Assembly (NCBI GenBank): GCA_964425765.1
Contig: CAYRNZ010000004.1
Span: forward strand, 20,218-84,217
Length of the DNA stretch: 64,000 bases
Reading direction: 5' to 3'
From: an uncultured Synergistaceae bacterium
Lineage (GTDB): Bacteria > Synergistota > Synergistia > Synergistales > 79-D21
The notes under the pieces: model-generated
What the model was told of the DNA's origin: nothing
Database searches by the model: none
What the model saw: only the letters and a program-made list of their open reading frames with translations
Translations under genes and position numbers: made by a program
Shown: positions 1 to 9,299 of the stretch, in pieces
How positions within the stretch are numbered: the first letter of the stretch is position 1
How the letters are laid out: every line of letters begins with the position of its first letter

Positions 1-1556
1 GGGAATCCATAGAAAAGCTGTTCGCCACTGTAGAAGAAAAAGTGTCGATCCTCCTGGGGGACGGAACCCTGGCAAGGGTGAGCCCGGAAACGGTAAAAGT
101 GGGCGATATCGTCAGGGTCCTGCCAGGAGAGAGGCTAGCCCTGGACGGCAGGGTCACGACAGGAGTCTCGGTGCTCAACCAGGCCCCTATCACCGGCGAA
201 AGCCTCCCGGTAGAAAAGAAAGTGGGGGACGCCGTTTACGCGGGTTCGGTGAACGAGTCGGGGATTTTCGAGTACGAAGTCTCCGCTCCGGCGGGGGATT
301 CCACCCTGGCCAGGATTGCTCACGCCGTTCGCGAGGCGAGGGCGAACAAGGCTCCCGCGGAAAGGCTCATCGACCGGTTCGCTAAAGTCTACACCCCGGC
401 CGTCGTCGGGATTGCCGCAGCCATTGCCGTGATCCCGCCCTTATTCTTTTCCGGGTCCTGGTCTGCCTGGGCCTACCGGGCGCTTGTCGTGCTCCTGATC
501 GCCTGTCCCTGCGCCCTCGTTATCGCGACGCCGGTCACGGTGGTGAGCGGGCTGGCGGCGGCGGCGCGAAGGGGAATCCTTGTTAAAGGCGGGACCTACC
601 TGGAAAACGGTCGAAGGCTCGACGTGGTCGCCTTCGACAAGACCGGGACTCTCACGTGGGGAAAGCCGGAAGTGACGAGATGGCTATCGTATGGGAAGCA
701 GGACCCGCACTGGGCCATGGAAATCGCCGCCGGGCTTGCGGCCTGTTCCAACCACCCGGTTTCGACGGCAGTGGGACGGGCCGCGGAAAAAGAGGGGGTC
801 TCTGCCCGGGGAGTCGAGTTACCCGTTTCCATTCCCGGGATGGGGATGCAAGGCGCCTTTGAGGGAAAAAGGTACTACCTCGGCAGCGGGCGTTTCATGG
901 AGAACATCGGGATAAGGCAGAGGGTTCCCGGAGGTTTGGGACAAGGTTCCGCAGCCGTTTTCCTGTTCGACGATGAAAAGGTGCTGGCGCAGTTCGACCT
1001 GGTTGACGGGATTAATGAGACAAGCCGTGAGGCCGTAAGGGACTTGAAGGCCCTTGGAGTCGAAACCCTGATCCTTAGCGGGGACAATGAGGAAGCCGTG
1101 GAAAGGGTCGCGAGGGAAGTCGGCATCCGGAAGTTCAAGGGAGGCCTGATGCCCGCGGGGAAACTGGAGGCCCTCGAGTCCCTGGCAGGGAAGAGACTGA
1201 CGGTGGGGATGGTCGGGGACGGCATCAACGACACCCCCGCCCTGGCCTGGGCGCACATCGGCTTCTCGATGGGACTCCTGGGCACCGAGGCGGCTCTCGA
1301 AACCGCAGATGTGGGCGTCATGGACGGCGATTTGAGGAAGGTCCCGGAATTCATCCGCCTCTCCAGGTCGACGGTCAGGATCCTCAGCCAGAATATCGCT
1401 TTGGCTCTGGGGCTGAAGTTGGTCTTCCTGGGGCTCGCCGTGGCGGGCCTGGCCACGATGTGGATGGCCGTGGCCGCGGATGTGGGAGTTAGCCTGCTGG
1501 TGATCTCCAACGGACTGCGACTGCTTCGCACACCCGGGCCTTCGTGCGCTTCGTAA
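1..1556 (+). CDS. heavy-metal-translocating P-type ATPase (P1B class), 5' end outside window
   Basis: Frame is open from the window edge, so the ORF-track start at 42 is internal. CPC site ACPCALVIATP, DKTGTLT phosphorylation motif, SNHP motif, GDGINDTPAL hinge. Confidence 0.92.
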   Translation, partial: ESIEKLFATVEEKVSILLGDGTLARVSPETVKVGDIVRVLPGERLALDGRVTTGVSVLNQAPITGESLPVEKKVGDAVYAGSVNESGIFEYEVSAPAGDSTLARIAHAVREARANKAPAERLIDRFAKVYTPAVVGIAAAIAVIPPLFFSGSWSAWAYRALVVLLIACPCALVIATPVTVVSGLAAAARRGILVKGGTYLENGRRLDVVAFDKTGTLTWGKPEVTRWLSYGKQDPHWAMEIAAGLAACSNHPVSTAVGRAAEKEGVSARGVELPVSIPGMGMQGAFEGKRYYLGSGRFMENIGIRQRVPGGLGQGSAAVFLFDDEKVLAQFDLVDGINETSREAVRDLKALGVETLILSGDNEEAVERVAREVGIRKFKGGLMPAGKLEALESLAGKRLTVGMVGDGINDTPALAWAHIGFSMGLLGTEAALETADVGVMDGDLRKVPEFIRLSRSTVRILSQNIALALGLKLVFLGLAVAGLATMWMAVAADVGVSLLVISNGLRLLRTPGPSCAS

Positions 1557-1608
1557 GCGAAGGGCTGCTCCCGACAGGGCAGGGACGGGAGCGAGAATTT
1601 TAAAAACA

Positions 1609-1640
1609 GGGGACCGTTCCGATGGGATCGGTCCTTTTTT
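1609..1640 (+). terminator. rho-independent terminator after ATPase gene
   Basis: GGACCG-N12-CGGTCC hairpin (1611-1634) followed by TTTTTT (1635-1640). Confidence 0.6.
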
Positions 1641-1759
1641 ATGCCCAAACGACTAAAAAATATAGTTAAGCGTTATACTACTAAAAGATTAGACAATGCT
1701 TGCTCTGGCCCGCGGGGCGGTAGGTAAAGCAATACCGTCACGGTGGGGAGGTGAGGGAA

Positions 1760-2548
1760 ATGAAAAGCCCCGCTTTCAGGACCGTTTTTCTTGTTGTCGC
1801 CGTTCTTTGTCTCGTTTTGTCGTTGCCGGCCGATGCCCCGGCAGCCCCCAAGATCTACTGGCATTTCACGATCAAGGCGTTCGTCGACCTGCCTGATACA
1901 AATGGTTTCGAATGGGCCTGGGTGACGATGGTCGAATACGACAAGCCGAAGGCTTTCCCGGCCGAGGCCGAGGTCGCCGAGGAATACGGGGGCAAGCTCG
2001 AGGGCACGATTTTTGCCTTCGTGAGGGGCACCGCGTGGCGTGGGGCCCACAGGTACCTGCGGGATGCCACCTGCAAGGGCCAACCGTCCAAGAGCGAAAC
2101 CTTCTGGGGAGCAAGCGAGAGCGACAGCGTATACGCCATGGGGCAGTTGCTGGAATCGCATCCGGTCTATTCCTTCAGGTTCGGGTTCACGAACAGGAGG
2201 ATCCTCCTCCCGGATGGGACCTGGATAGAGCCGAGGAACGAGGCAAATGTCTTTACCGGGGCGATCAATGTCGAGGGCGGGGTGCATGAGGAAACCAGGG
2301 GTGATTTTTACCTGCAGGTCGTCAACTACCGGGACAACCTCGAGCATCACAGGCGCTGCGGCAAGGCCTGGGTGGAGCAGTACCTGACGGGCTTCAGGGG
2401 GTTCCACCTCGTGGAGGAGAGGCCGGCAATCGGCGAGTACATCTTCGGCCAGACGCTGGAAGGCCCTACATCGAAGACACACTTCGTTTACCGGGTCGAT
2501 CGCTCCACGTCACCGGAACACCCTCTCTGGAAACAGAAGACGATGTAA
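1760..2548 (+). CDS. secreted hypothetical protein
   Basis: ATG 8-9 nt after GGAGG. Signal-peptide-like N-terminus MKSPAFRTVFLVVAVLCLVLSLPADA. No motif I recognise. Confidence 0.6.
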   Translation: MKSPAFRTVFLVVAVLCLVLSLPADAPAAPKIYWHFTIKAFVDLPDTNGFEWAWVTMVEYDKPKAFPAEAEVAEEYGGKLEGTIFAFVRGTAWRGAHRYLRDATCKGQPSKSETFWGASESDSVYAMGQLLESHPVYSFRFGFTNRRILLPDGTWIEPRNEANVFTGAINVEGGVHEETRGDFYLQVVNYRDNLEHHRRCGKAWVEQYLTGFRGFHLVEERPAIGEYIFGQTLEGPTSKTHFVYRVDRSTSPEHPLWKQKTM

Positions 2549-2552
2549 AAAG

Positions 2553-2585
2553 GAAAGGCCTTCCGGTCAGGGAAGGCCTTTTTCC
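2553..2585. terminator. bidirectional hairpin between convergent genes
   Basis: AAAGGCCTTCC-loop-GGAAGGCCTTT with an A-run on the left and a T-run on the right. Confidence 0.6.
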
Positions 2586-2587
2586 GT

Positions 2588-3457
2588 TTAAAACTCGAAA
2601 ACCGTTCCGGGGCCCAACGCGGTAACGCGGTCACCGAGTCGCGAGGATAAGGCGGCTTCGGCCTTTTTCCCCGTGCAGTGCCCCGTTGCAAGCAGGGCCG
2701 GGTTAAACCCGGCCAGGGCAGAAACGGTTTTCTCGATCCGTTCATCGCTTGCGTCTACGAGGTGCAGGCCCCCGATGATGGCGAGGATTTTTTCGGAAGG
2801 GGTTGTCGTGTGCTTCAGGATGTTCACGATTCCCGGGTGGCTGCAGCCCGTGAGGATGACGACACCCTTATCCTCGATGTACGCCTTCACGGCGATCTCG
2901 TCCCGCATCGGGTCGGGGACGATATGCCCGGCGTCGTCCAGGGTGCGACGGGCGGTTACGGTCTCTTCGAAATCCGTGACTCCGGGGATTTCCCCGCTCG
3001 TGGAAAGGCCGGGCATCAGCTCGAGCGCGTCCTTTGCCAGGAGCAGCCTTCCCCCGGCGGCCCGTATCTCGTCGGGTTGGTTTCCGTTCCGCATCCCCAG
3101 GTGCTGGAAAAAAGGAGCCGTGACAAAGTTGTGCCTGAAAAGGCCGGGGTGCGCGATCACGGGAAGGTCTTCCTGTCCGATCGCCCTCAGGATGGGGACT
3201 AGTGCCCCCGTATGGTCGTAATGGCAATGCGTCAGCACCACGGCATCGGTTTTTCCCAGGGGGATGCCGAGCTCGGCCGCATTGGAAAGGAGTGCGTCCG
3301 GGTGCTGCCCCACATCGACGAGGAACCTCCTTTCGCCTGTGCCTCTTTTTGCCTCGAGCCAGAAGGACACCCCATGCTGTCCCAATAGCCTGCTCTTATG
3401 CGGGACGCTGTTCTCAGCCAATACGGTTATCCTGAGTTTGTCCAGCACTTGTCCCAC
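2588..3457 (-). CDS. MBL-fold metallo-hydrolase (COG1237-like), paralog A
   Basis: HCHYDH (HxHxDH) zinc motif and GCSHPG. 289 aa, colinear with the 22775..23644 product. Confidence 0.85.
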   Translation of the reverse strand: MGQVLDKLRITVLAENSVPHKSRLLGQHGVSFWLEAKRGTGERRFLVDVGQHPDALLSNAAELGIPLGKTDAVVLTHCHYDHTGALVPILRAIGQEDLPVIAHPGLFRHNFVTAPFFQHLGMRNGNQPDEIRAAGGRLLLAKDALELMPGLSTSGEIPGVTDFEETVTARRTLDDAGHIVPDPMRDEIAVKAYIEDKGVVILTGCSHPGIVNILKHTTTPSEKILAIIGGLHLVDASDERIEKTVSALAGFNPALLATGHCTGKKAEAALSSRLGDRVTALGPGTVFEF

Positions 3458-3588
3458 CTCCCGTTATCCTTTAATCCTGCGATATCCGCCCGGTCGCGTC
3501 AACACCGGGTTTGCTTCCCCTTGTACGACCGCTGGCGCATTGACAAAATATCTACAATCAATAAGATGTATGTAGATAGATCTACATA

Positions 3589-4476
3589 ATGCAATTTGGA
3601 GGAATGCTCGTGGAAGAGTGCGGCATCCTGGAAAGCCTGGTGGAGATCTCGCGAGATCTTCCTAAACGGCAGCTGCAGTTGGCGCGTTTCATCCACGCCT
3701 CCCCGCGCGAAGCCGCGCTCATGAACTCCGTCGAAATGGCGAGGGCGGCAGGTGTCAGCAACCCGACCGTGATACGGCTCGCCTACCGCCTTGGCTTCTC
3801 CGGTTTTCCCGACTTCCAGAAGGCTCTCCAGATGGCTGCCGTGCGTAGGGTCGAACAACTGGAAAAATTCTCCGGTGAGGAAGAGGGACTCTGCCAGCGG
3901 GTCCTGTCCCTGGAATTCCAGGTTCTCAGGGACATGAAGGAAAAACTGGACTCGGATTCCGTTTCCCGGGCGGTAGAACTCCTGGAGACCCGCGGGACAG
4001 TGTTCGTGGTGGGGCTTTTGGCCAACACCTGCCTGGCGGATTACCTGGGCTACTTCCTGTCGATTCTCCGCGAGAACGTGCAGGTCCTTGCGGATTTCGA
4101 TCACGAGGCTTACGGAAAGATCCGGGACGCAGGCCCGGATTCCGTTGCCGTCGTCTACAGTTTCCCGCGCTATCCCTCGGGGACGCAGAGCCTGGCAAGG
4201 CTTTTCCGCAAGGAGGGCATCCCGGTTGTCGGGATCACGGACAGCGGAATGTCCCCGCTGGCTTCGCTTTCCGACCTGCTCCTCGAGGCCCCCATGAAGT
4301 TCATCACCTTCATCGACCCGTGTGCCGGGGCCTTCGCGATGACCCATGCCCTTCTTTCGGCCTTCTACATGAAGAACCCGGAGAAGATGAGGAAACGGCT
4401 CAAGGTATTCGAGGAATTCGCTGTTGCGAGGGACCTCTTTGAAAGAAAGGACATCGACATCGTCGACCTTGCCTGA
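3589..4476 (+). CDS. MurR/RpiR-family transcriptional regulator (HTH + SIS)
   Basis: HTH segment SVEMARAAGVSNPTVIRLAYRLGFSGFPDFQ followed by a SIS-like domain. The start may be GTG 3610 (GGAGGA 6 nt upstream). Confidence 0.85.
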   Translation: MQFGGMLVEECGILESLVEISRDLPKRQLQLARFIHASPREAALMNSVEMARAAGVSNPTVIRLAYRLGFSGFPDFQKALQMAAVRRVEQLEKFSGEEEGLCQRVLSLEFQVLRDMKEKLDSDSVSRAVELLETRGTVFVVGLLANTCLADYLGYFLSILRENVQVLADFDHEAYGKIRDAGPDSVAVVYSFPRYPSGTQSLARLFRKEGIPVVGITDSGMSPLASLSDLLLEAPMKFITFIDPCAGAFAMTHALLSAFYMKNPEKMRKRLKVFEEFAVARDLFERKDIDIVDLA

Positions 4477-4517
4477 TCGTTCGACGAGTCGCAAAACCAC
4501 CCTGGGGGGAATGGAAG

Positions 4518-5501
4518 ATGGAGTTGAGGTGCATCACGCAGACGCAGGTCGAATCGTTGGGGATCCCGATCTCGGAGGTCATGCGGGTCGTGGAGGAAGG
4601 TTGGGTGCTGAAGGGGCAGGGCAAGGTGGAGATGCCGGCGAAAATCGGCATTCATCCCCGCAAGGACTGTTATATCCACGCCATGCCCTGCTGGATCGGT
4701 GGAGAAGTGGACACGTGCGGCATGAAATGGGTTTCGGGTTTCCCGCCGAACCTGCAGAAGCAGATGCCCTACAACATCGGGCTCTTCATCCTCACCGACT
4801 CCGACGACGGGCACATGAAGGCCGTCATCGACGCGAACTGGATCACGTCCTGGAGGACGGGCGCCGCGAGCGGCATCTGCGCGAAACACATCGCCGACCC
4901 AGATTCGGATACCATCGGCATGATAGGCCTCGGAACCCAGGGGCGGACCAACACGGTCGCCTTGCTCGAAGCATTGCCGAAACTCAAGAAGATCCGTGTC
5001 TATGACCCTCTCGCTTCCCAGGTCGCAAGGTACACCGATTTCATCAGGCCTTTCCTCAAGGGGCAGGAAATCGTTCCGTGCGAATCGATCCAGGAGACGG
5101 TCAAGGGGGCCGACGTTGTCGTGACCTGCGCGCCCATCCTCAACGACCCGAAGCGGACCGTCCGTTCCGAGTGGCTGAAGAAGGACATGCTGGCGATCGC
5201 CGTCGACTACGATTCCTCTTTCGATGCCGACGTCATGACCGGAGGAACGACCTTCGTCTGCGACGACCTGCACCAGTACCTGTGGACCCAGGAAGAGGGG
5301 GCTTATTTCCAGAAAGGCTATCCGGTCAGGGAGCAGATAACGGGGGATATGGGCCAGGTTTGCGCCGGGGTCGTCAAGCCGGCAAAAACAGGTCGCCGGG
5401 GCGCGGTCCTCATGGGGATCGCAAGCCACGACGTCATGACCGCCCGGCTGATCTTCAAGAAAGCGTGCGAGCAGAACCTGGGGACGATCATCGATTTTTA
5501 G
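4518..5501 (+). CDS. ornithine cyclodeaminase / mu-crystallin family protein
   Basis: 327 aa. WRTGAASG and GMIGLGTQGR Rossmann segment are typical of the OCD family. Confidence 0.8.
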   Translation: MELRCITQTQVESLGIPISEVMRVVEEGWVLKGQGKVEMPAKIGIHPRKDCYIHAMPCWIGGEVDTCGMKWVSGFPPNLQKQMPYNIGLFILTDSDDGHMKAVIDANWITSWRTGAASGICAKHIADPDSDTIGMIGLGTQGRTNTVALLEALPKLKKIRVYDPLASQVARYTDFIRPFLKGQEIVPCESIQETVKGADVVVTCAPILNDPKRTVRSEWLKKDMLAIAVDYDSSFDADVMTGGTTFVCDDLHQYLWTQEEGAYFQKGYPVREQITGDMGQVCAGVVKPAKTGRRGAVLMGIASHDVMTARLIFKKACEQNLGTIIDF

Positions 5502-5532
5502 GGAAAGCTGCAGCCGTTCTCCGGAAGCTCAG

Positions 5533-5566
5533 GAAGGCCTTCCTGCAAAGGGAGGCCTTCCTTTTT
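5533..5566 (+). terminator. rho-independent terminator
   Basis: GGAAGGCCT-N11-AGGCCTTCC followed by TTTTT. Confidence 0.65.
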
Positions 5567-5683
5567 CATGCCCGGCACGTTTCCCGAACTTTGTACCTTC
5601 GCAAAGGTATAATTATAAAATAGATAACTAACGTGTTTTTTAATATAGGATATGGCGCGCTGCCATGAAGAGGGCTTCAGGGA

Positions 5684-7168
5684 ATGGCACGGGGCGCGGC
5701 GGGTGCGGAAAGGAGCGTGCAGGCGATGAGTTTGTCGATGCTCGAACAGGCGAAGGGTAAGGTTTCCGGGAAGTTGATCGGGGAAATTGCCCGGAGGATC
5801 GAGGAAGGGCGCGAGAAGGACCTGGCTGTCCTATTCAGGCTGATTTCGGCGATCGCCCCGGCGAAATACCACCGGGCCGGGTTTGAGGCAATGAGCCGCA
5901 TGGCCGAGGAAAATCACCCATTCGTCGGGACTTTCAAGCGGGCTTTCAGGGACCTCAACTCCAACGCGAAGAAGAAACTGATCTCCAACTTCCTCGTGAA
6001 CTTCGTCGTCCTAGGCAGGGGGATCAGGGACCGCCAGGAAAAAGCCCTCGGCCTGCACTTGCCGAATTTCCTGGTCATCAGTCCCACCATGCGCTGCAAC
6101 CTTCACTGCAAAGGCTGCTACGCGGGGGAATACGGCAAAGGGGAGGAACTGCCTTACGACGAACTTGACCGGATCCTTGCGGAAGCTAAATCCCTCGGGA
6201 TGTATTTCTTCACTTTTACCGGGGGTGAGTGCTTCGTCAGGGAAGACCTGCTCGACCTCTGGGAAAAGCATGACGACTGCTTCTTCCAGGTCTACACGAA
6301 CGGGACGCTGCTGGACGACCGCGTGGTAGGCAGGCTGGCCCGCATGGGGAACGTGGCGCCCATGGTGTCGATCGAAGGGGACGAGACCTGCACGGACGCC
6401 CGCCGCGGCGCCGGGATGTACGGGAAGGTCATGGGGACTTTCGACAGGCTGAGGAAAGCGGGGGTTCTCTTCGGTTTCAGTGCGACCTGCACGCGGGATA
6501 ATTCGGGTTACCTGGCCTCCGACGGTTTCATAGACCTGATGATGGACAAGGGATGCCTTGTGGGGTGGTTTTTCCAGTACATCCCCACCGGACTCGCTCC
6601 GGACACCTCGCTCATGGCCACCCCCGGGCAGAGGGCAGCCCTGCACGGGAAGGTCGAGCAGTGGCGGGAAGAGAAAACCGTGTTCCTGGGCGATTTCTGG
6701 AACGACGGACCTTACGTGGACGGCTGCATGGCGGGGGGACAGCGCTACTTCCACATCATCGCGAACGGGGACGTCGAGCCATGTGTTTTCGTTCATTTCG
6801 CCGTCGACAACATCCGTGGGAAATCGCTGACGGACGTGATCGGTAGCCCCTTCTTCAAGGCGATCCGCGAGGCACAGCCCTACGACGACGACAACCTGCT
6901 TCGCCCCTGCATGATCATCGACCATCCCCACGTGCTGCGCGATATTGTGGAGTTGCAGCACGCCCACCCGACGCATCCGGGGGCGGAGTCGATCCTGGGC
7001 GCCCTGTCAGGGGACCTGGATCGATACGCCTCGGAAGTGAAGAGGGTTTTCGATCCGGTCTGGGAGTCCCTGGGGAGGGAAAAGTACCTTAAGGGCCTGG
7101 AGAACGAAGAAAAGCGCGACGTCCACGAGCGCATCGGGAAAAGGCCCGTGTGCCGTAACAAGGGCTAG
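5684..7168 (+). CDS. radical SAM protein with ~100-aa N-terminal extension, function unknown
   Basis: CNLHCKGCYAGEY (CxxxCxxC) cluster motif, GGEC SAM-binding motif, C-terminal GDVEPCVF segment. Alternative start ATG 5726 (GGAAAGGAG 10 nt upstream). Confidence 0.85.
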   Translation: MARGAAGAERSVQAMSLSMLEQAKGKVSGKLIGEIARRIEEGREKDLAVLFRLISAIAPAKYHRAGFEAMSRMAEENHPFVGTFKRAFRDLNSNAKKKLISNFLVNFVVLGRGIRDRQEKALGLHLPNFLVISPTMRCNLHCKGCYAGEYGKGEELPYDELDRILAEAKSLGMYFFTFTGGECFVREDLLDLWEKHDDCFFQVYTNGTLLDDRVVGRLARMGNVAPMVSIEGDETCTDARRGAGMYGKVMGTFDRLRKAGVLFGFSATCTRDNSGYLASDGFIDLMMDKGCLVGWFFQYIPTGLAPDTSLMATPGQRAALHGKVEQWREEKTVFLGDFWNDGPYVDGCMAGGQRYFHIIANGDVEPCVFVHFAVDNIRGKSLTDVIGSPFFKAIREAQPYDDDNLLRPCMIIDHPHVLRDIVELQHAHPTHPGAESILGALSGDLDRYASEVKRVFDPVWESLGREKYLKGLENEEKRDVHERIGKRPVCRNKG

Positions 7169-7211
7169 AAGCCTGCCCGAGCCAATCGCAACCGCATTAC
7201 CCGCTTTTTTG

Positions 7212-7239
7212 AAAAGCCCTCCTCGTTGGGGGGCTTTTT
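7212..7239 (+). terminator. rho-independent terminator
   Basis: AGCCCTCC-TCGTT-GGGGGGCT hairpin followed by TTTTT. Confidence 0.6.
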
Positions 7240-7453
7240 CATTGACGAAAGTGAAAAAGAAAGACTATTCAGACAATTAATGTTCGTGTTCGCATTTCTT
7301 ATCCCCTTAAAAAAGCAAAACTGCCGGGCAGGCCTACCGCGCCTCGAATCCATAGGTATGCAGGAATATCAGCCTATATGCCTTATAGATATTAGTTATT
7401 AAAAGATCAAACTTATAGCAGTGCATACGTAGAGGATTTAACTTAATTTTTAT

Positions 7454-7480
7454 TTGACTAAAGAGAAAGAGCGATATAAT
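7454..7480 (+). promoter_or_regulatory. sigma70-like promoter candidate for gdh
   Basis: TTGACT (7454-7459) and TATAAT (7475-7480). The spacer is only 15 nt. Lies in a strongly AT-rich stretch. Confidence 0.4.
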
Positions 7481-7633
7481 GACACAGGTTTGGCTAGGCT
7501 TCATGCTGCATAGAAAAAATTAACATTAACTGGCGGAATGGGAGGTGGAAAGGGAGAATCCCGGAAAGGGCAAGACAGTGGCGTGGTGAAGCAAATCCAG
7601 GCACCCAAGAAGAAGAGGAGGAGGAAGACAGGC

Positions 7634-8881
7634 ATGTCCAAGATGAATCCTTACGAAATGTTCTTGAAACAGGTGGACGAAGCTGCACCGTTCCTCAACG
7701 TCGAGCAGGAATTCATCGATATCCTCAAGGAACCGAAGGAAGTCTTGGAAATCACCATTCCGCTGCGGCTTGAAGACGGCACCGTCAAGGTCGTCAAAGG
7801 GTGGCGGAGCCACCACAACAATGCCCTGGGCCCGTACAAGGGTGGAGTGCGTTATCACGCGAACGTCTGCAAGGACGAGGTTATGGCACTTTCGGCCTGG
7901 ATGTCCATAAAGTGCGCGACTGCCATGTTGCCCTACGGCGGAGGGAAGGGGGGCGTACGGATTGCGCCTCGCGAACTCTCGGCGGGAGAACTCGAACGGC
8001 TCAGCCGGGCGTATGCCCTCGGGATATCGCGCTTCATGGGAACGGATGTCGATATTCCTGCTCCTGACGTCTACACCACGCCGCAGATTATGGCCTGGTT
8101 CGTGGACACTTACGAAAAGGTCAAGGGGTGGAGCGAACCCTCCTGTTTCACCGGCAAGCCCATTGAGATCGGCGGATCACTGGGTCGCGGCGATGCCACG
8201 GCTCGCGGGGGGATGTACGTCCTGCGTGAGGCCCTGAAGGATATGGGGCTCCTCGGCAAGCCAATGACGGCAACGATCCAGGGATATGGGAACGCGGGGA
8301 GTTTCGCCCACGCCCTCTACGAGGAGATCGGCCTGAAGGTCGTCGGGGCTTCCGACAGCAAGGGGGGGACCTACAACCCCAAGGGCCTGGATTATGCGGA
8401 TTTGATGAAACACAAGAAGATGAGCGGGACGGTTTCCGATTATCCCGGCGGCGACAAGGTGACGACGGAGGAAATCCTGCAGGCCCCGGTGGACGTCCTG
8501 ATACCGGCGGCACTGGAAGGTTTCGTCAACGAGGGCAATGCGGCAAAGATAAAGGCGAAGGTGATCCTCGAGTTGGCAAACGGGCCGACGACCCCCGAGG
8601 CGGACGCGATACTTCATGAGAACGGCGTCCTTGTGATCCCGGATGTCCTGGCCAATTCAGGCGGTGTCACGGTGAGCTGCTTCGAGTGGGTGCAGGGAAG
8701 GACCGGGGATTACTGGAGCGAAAAGACCGTGCACCAGAAACTGGACGAGCGGCTTACCCAGGCTTTCCACGAGATCTGGAAGATCAAGAAGGCGCACAAC
8801 ATCAGGATGCGCCAGGCCACTTACGTCAGGGCTATGGGAAGGATTATTTCCGCCATGCGTTTCCGGGGCATCTGGCCCTGA
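7634..8881 (+). CDS. gdh: glutamate dehydrogenase
   Basis: GPYKGGVRYH and catalytic-Lys PYGGGKGG motifs, 415 aa from ATG 7634 (AGGAGGAGGA upstream). The ORF-track start 7538 adds a non-conserved basic extension. Confidence 0.93.
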   Translation: MSKMNPYEMFLKQVDEAAPFLNVEQEFIDILKEPKEVLEITIPLRLEDGTVKVVKGWRSHHNNALGPYKGGVRYHANVCKDEVMALSAWMSIKCATAMLPYGGGKGGVRIAPRELSAGELERLSRAYALGISRFMGTDVDIPAPDVYTTPQIMAWFVDTYEKVKGWSEPSCFTGKPIEIGGSLGRGDATARGGMYVLREALKDMGLLGKPMTATIQGYGNAGSFAHALYEEIGLKVVGASDSKGGTYNPKGLDYADLMKHKKMSGTVSDYPGGDKVTTEEILQAPVDVLIPAALEGFVNEGNAAKIKAKVILELANGPTTPEADAILHENGVLVIPDVLANSGGVTVSCFEWVQGRTGDYWSEKTVHQKLDERLTQAFHEIWKIKKAHNIRMRQATYVRAMGRIISAMRFRGIWP

Positions 8882-8960
8882 TCTTCTCCAGGACCGGCTG
8901 AAAGGGAGCGAGAGGGGGAGCCCCGCCCAGGGTTCCCCCGGATACCCGGAGGTGAGAGCG

Positions 8961-9272
8961 GTGGCGCCAAAATGGAGAGATGAACTCACCGACCAGCTGT
9001 GCAAGGCGCTTGTCGCGCTGGAAACGGAACAGGAGGCCTGCGAATTCCTGGAGGACGTGGCGACCGTCAGCGAGATACGTGCGCTTGCCCAGCGCCTGGA
9101 AGTGGCGAGGCTCCTGGACGACGGCTATACCTACCCGCAGATTCTGCAGCAGGCCGGGGCGAGCACGGCGACGATCAGCAGGGTAAAGAAATCCCTCGAA
9201 TACGGCGAAGACGGTTACAAACTCGTGCTGGGCCGGATGAAGGCCGGCGCTTTCGACGGGGCCAGCGTGTAA
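8961..9272 (+). CDS. yerC: TrpR-like YerC/YecD family protein
   Basis: EACEFLEDVATVSEIRALAQRLEVARLL...GASTATISRVKKSLEYGEDGY matches my recollection of the YerC family. GTG 8961 lies 8 nt after GGAGG; alternative start 8952. Confidence 0.8.
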   Translation: MAPKWRDELTDQLCKALVALETEQEACEFLEDVATVSEIRALAQRLEVARLLDDGYTYPQILQQAGASTATISRVKKSLEYGEDGYKLVLGRMKAGAFDGASV

Positions 9273-9299
9273 GGCCGGATTTCCGGAGGGCGGGCTTGA

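Noticed and set aside
1716-1723. GGCGGTAG, identical to the enterobacterial ops (RfaH) element, upstream of the 1760 gene.
   Set aside because: An 8-mer is expected by chance in 64 kb of GC-rich DNA. There is no RfaH-type context and the taxon is unrelated.
7538-7633. 32-aa basic extension (…KKKRRRK…) in frame with gdh.
   Set aside because: The conserved GDH N-terminus begins at MSKMNPYEMF, and AGGAGGAGGA precedes ATG 7634. The extension is a purine-rich leader that happens to be open.
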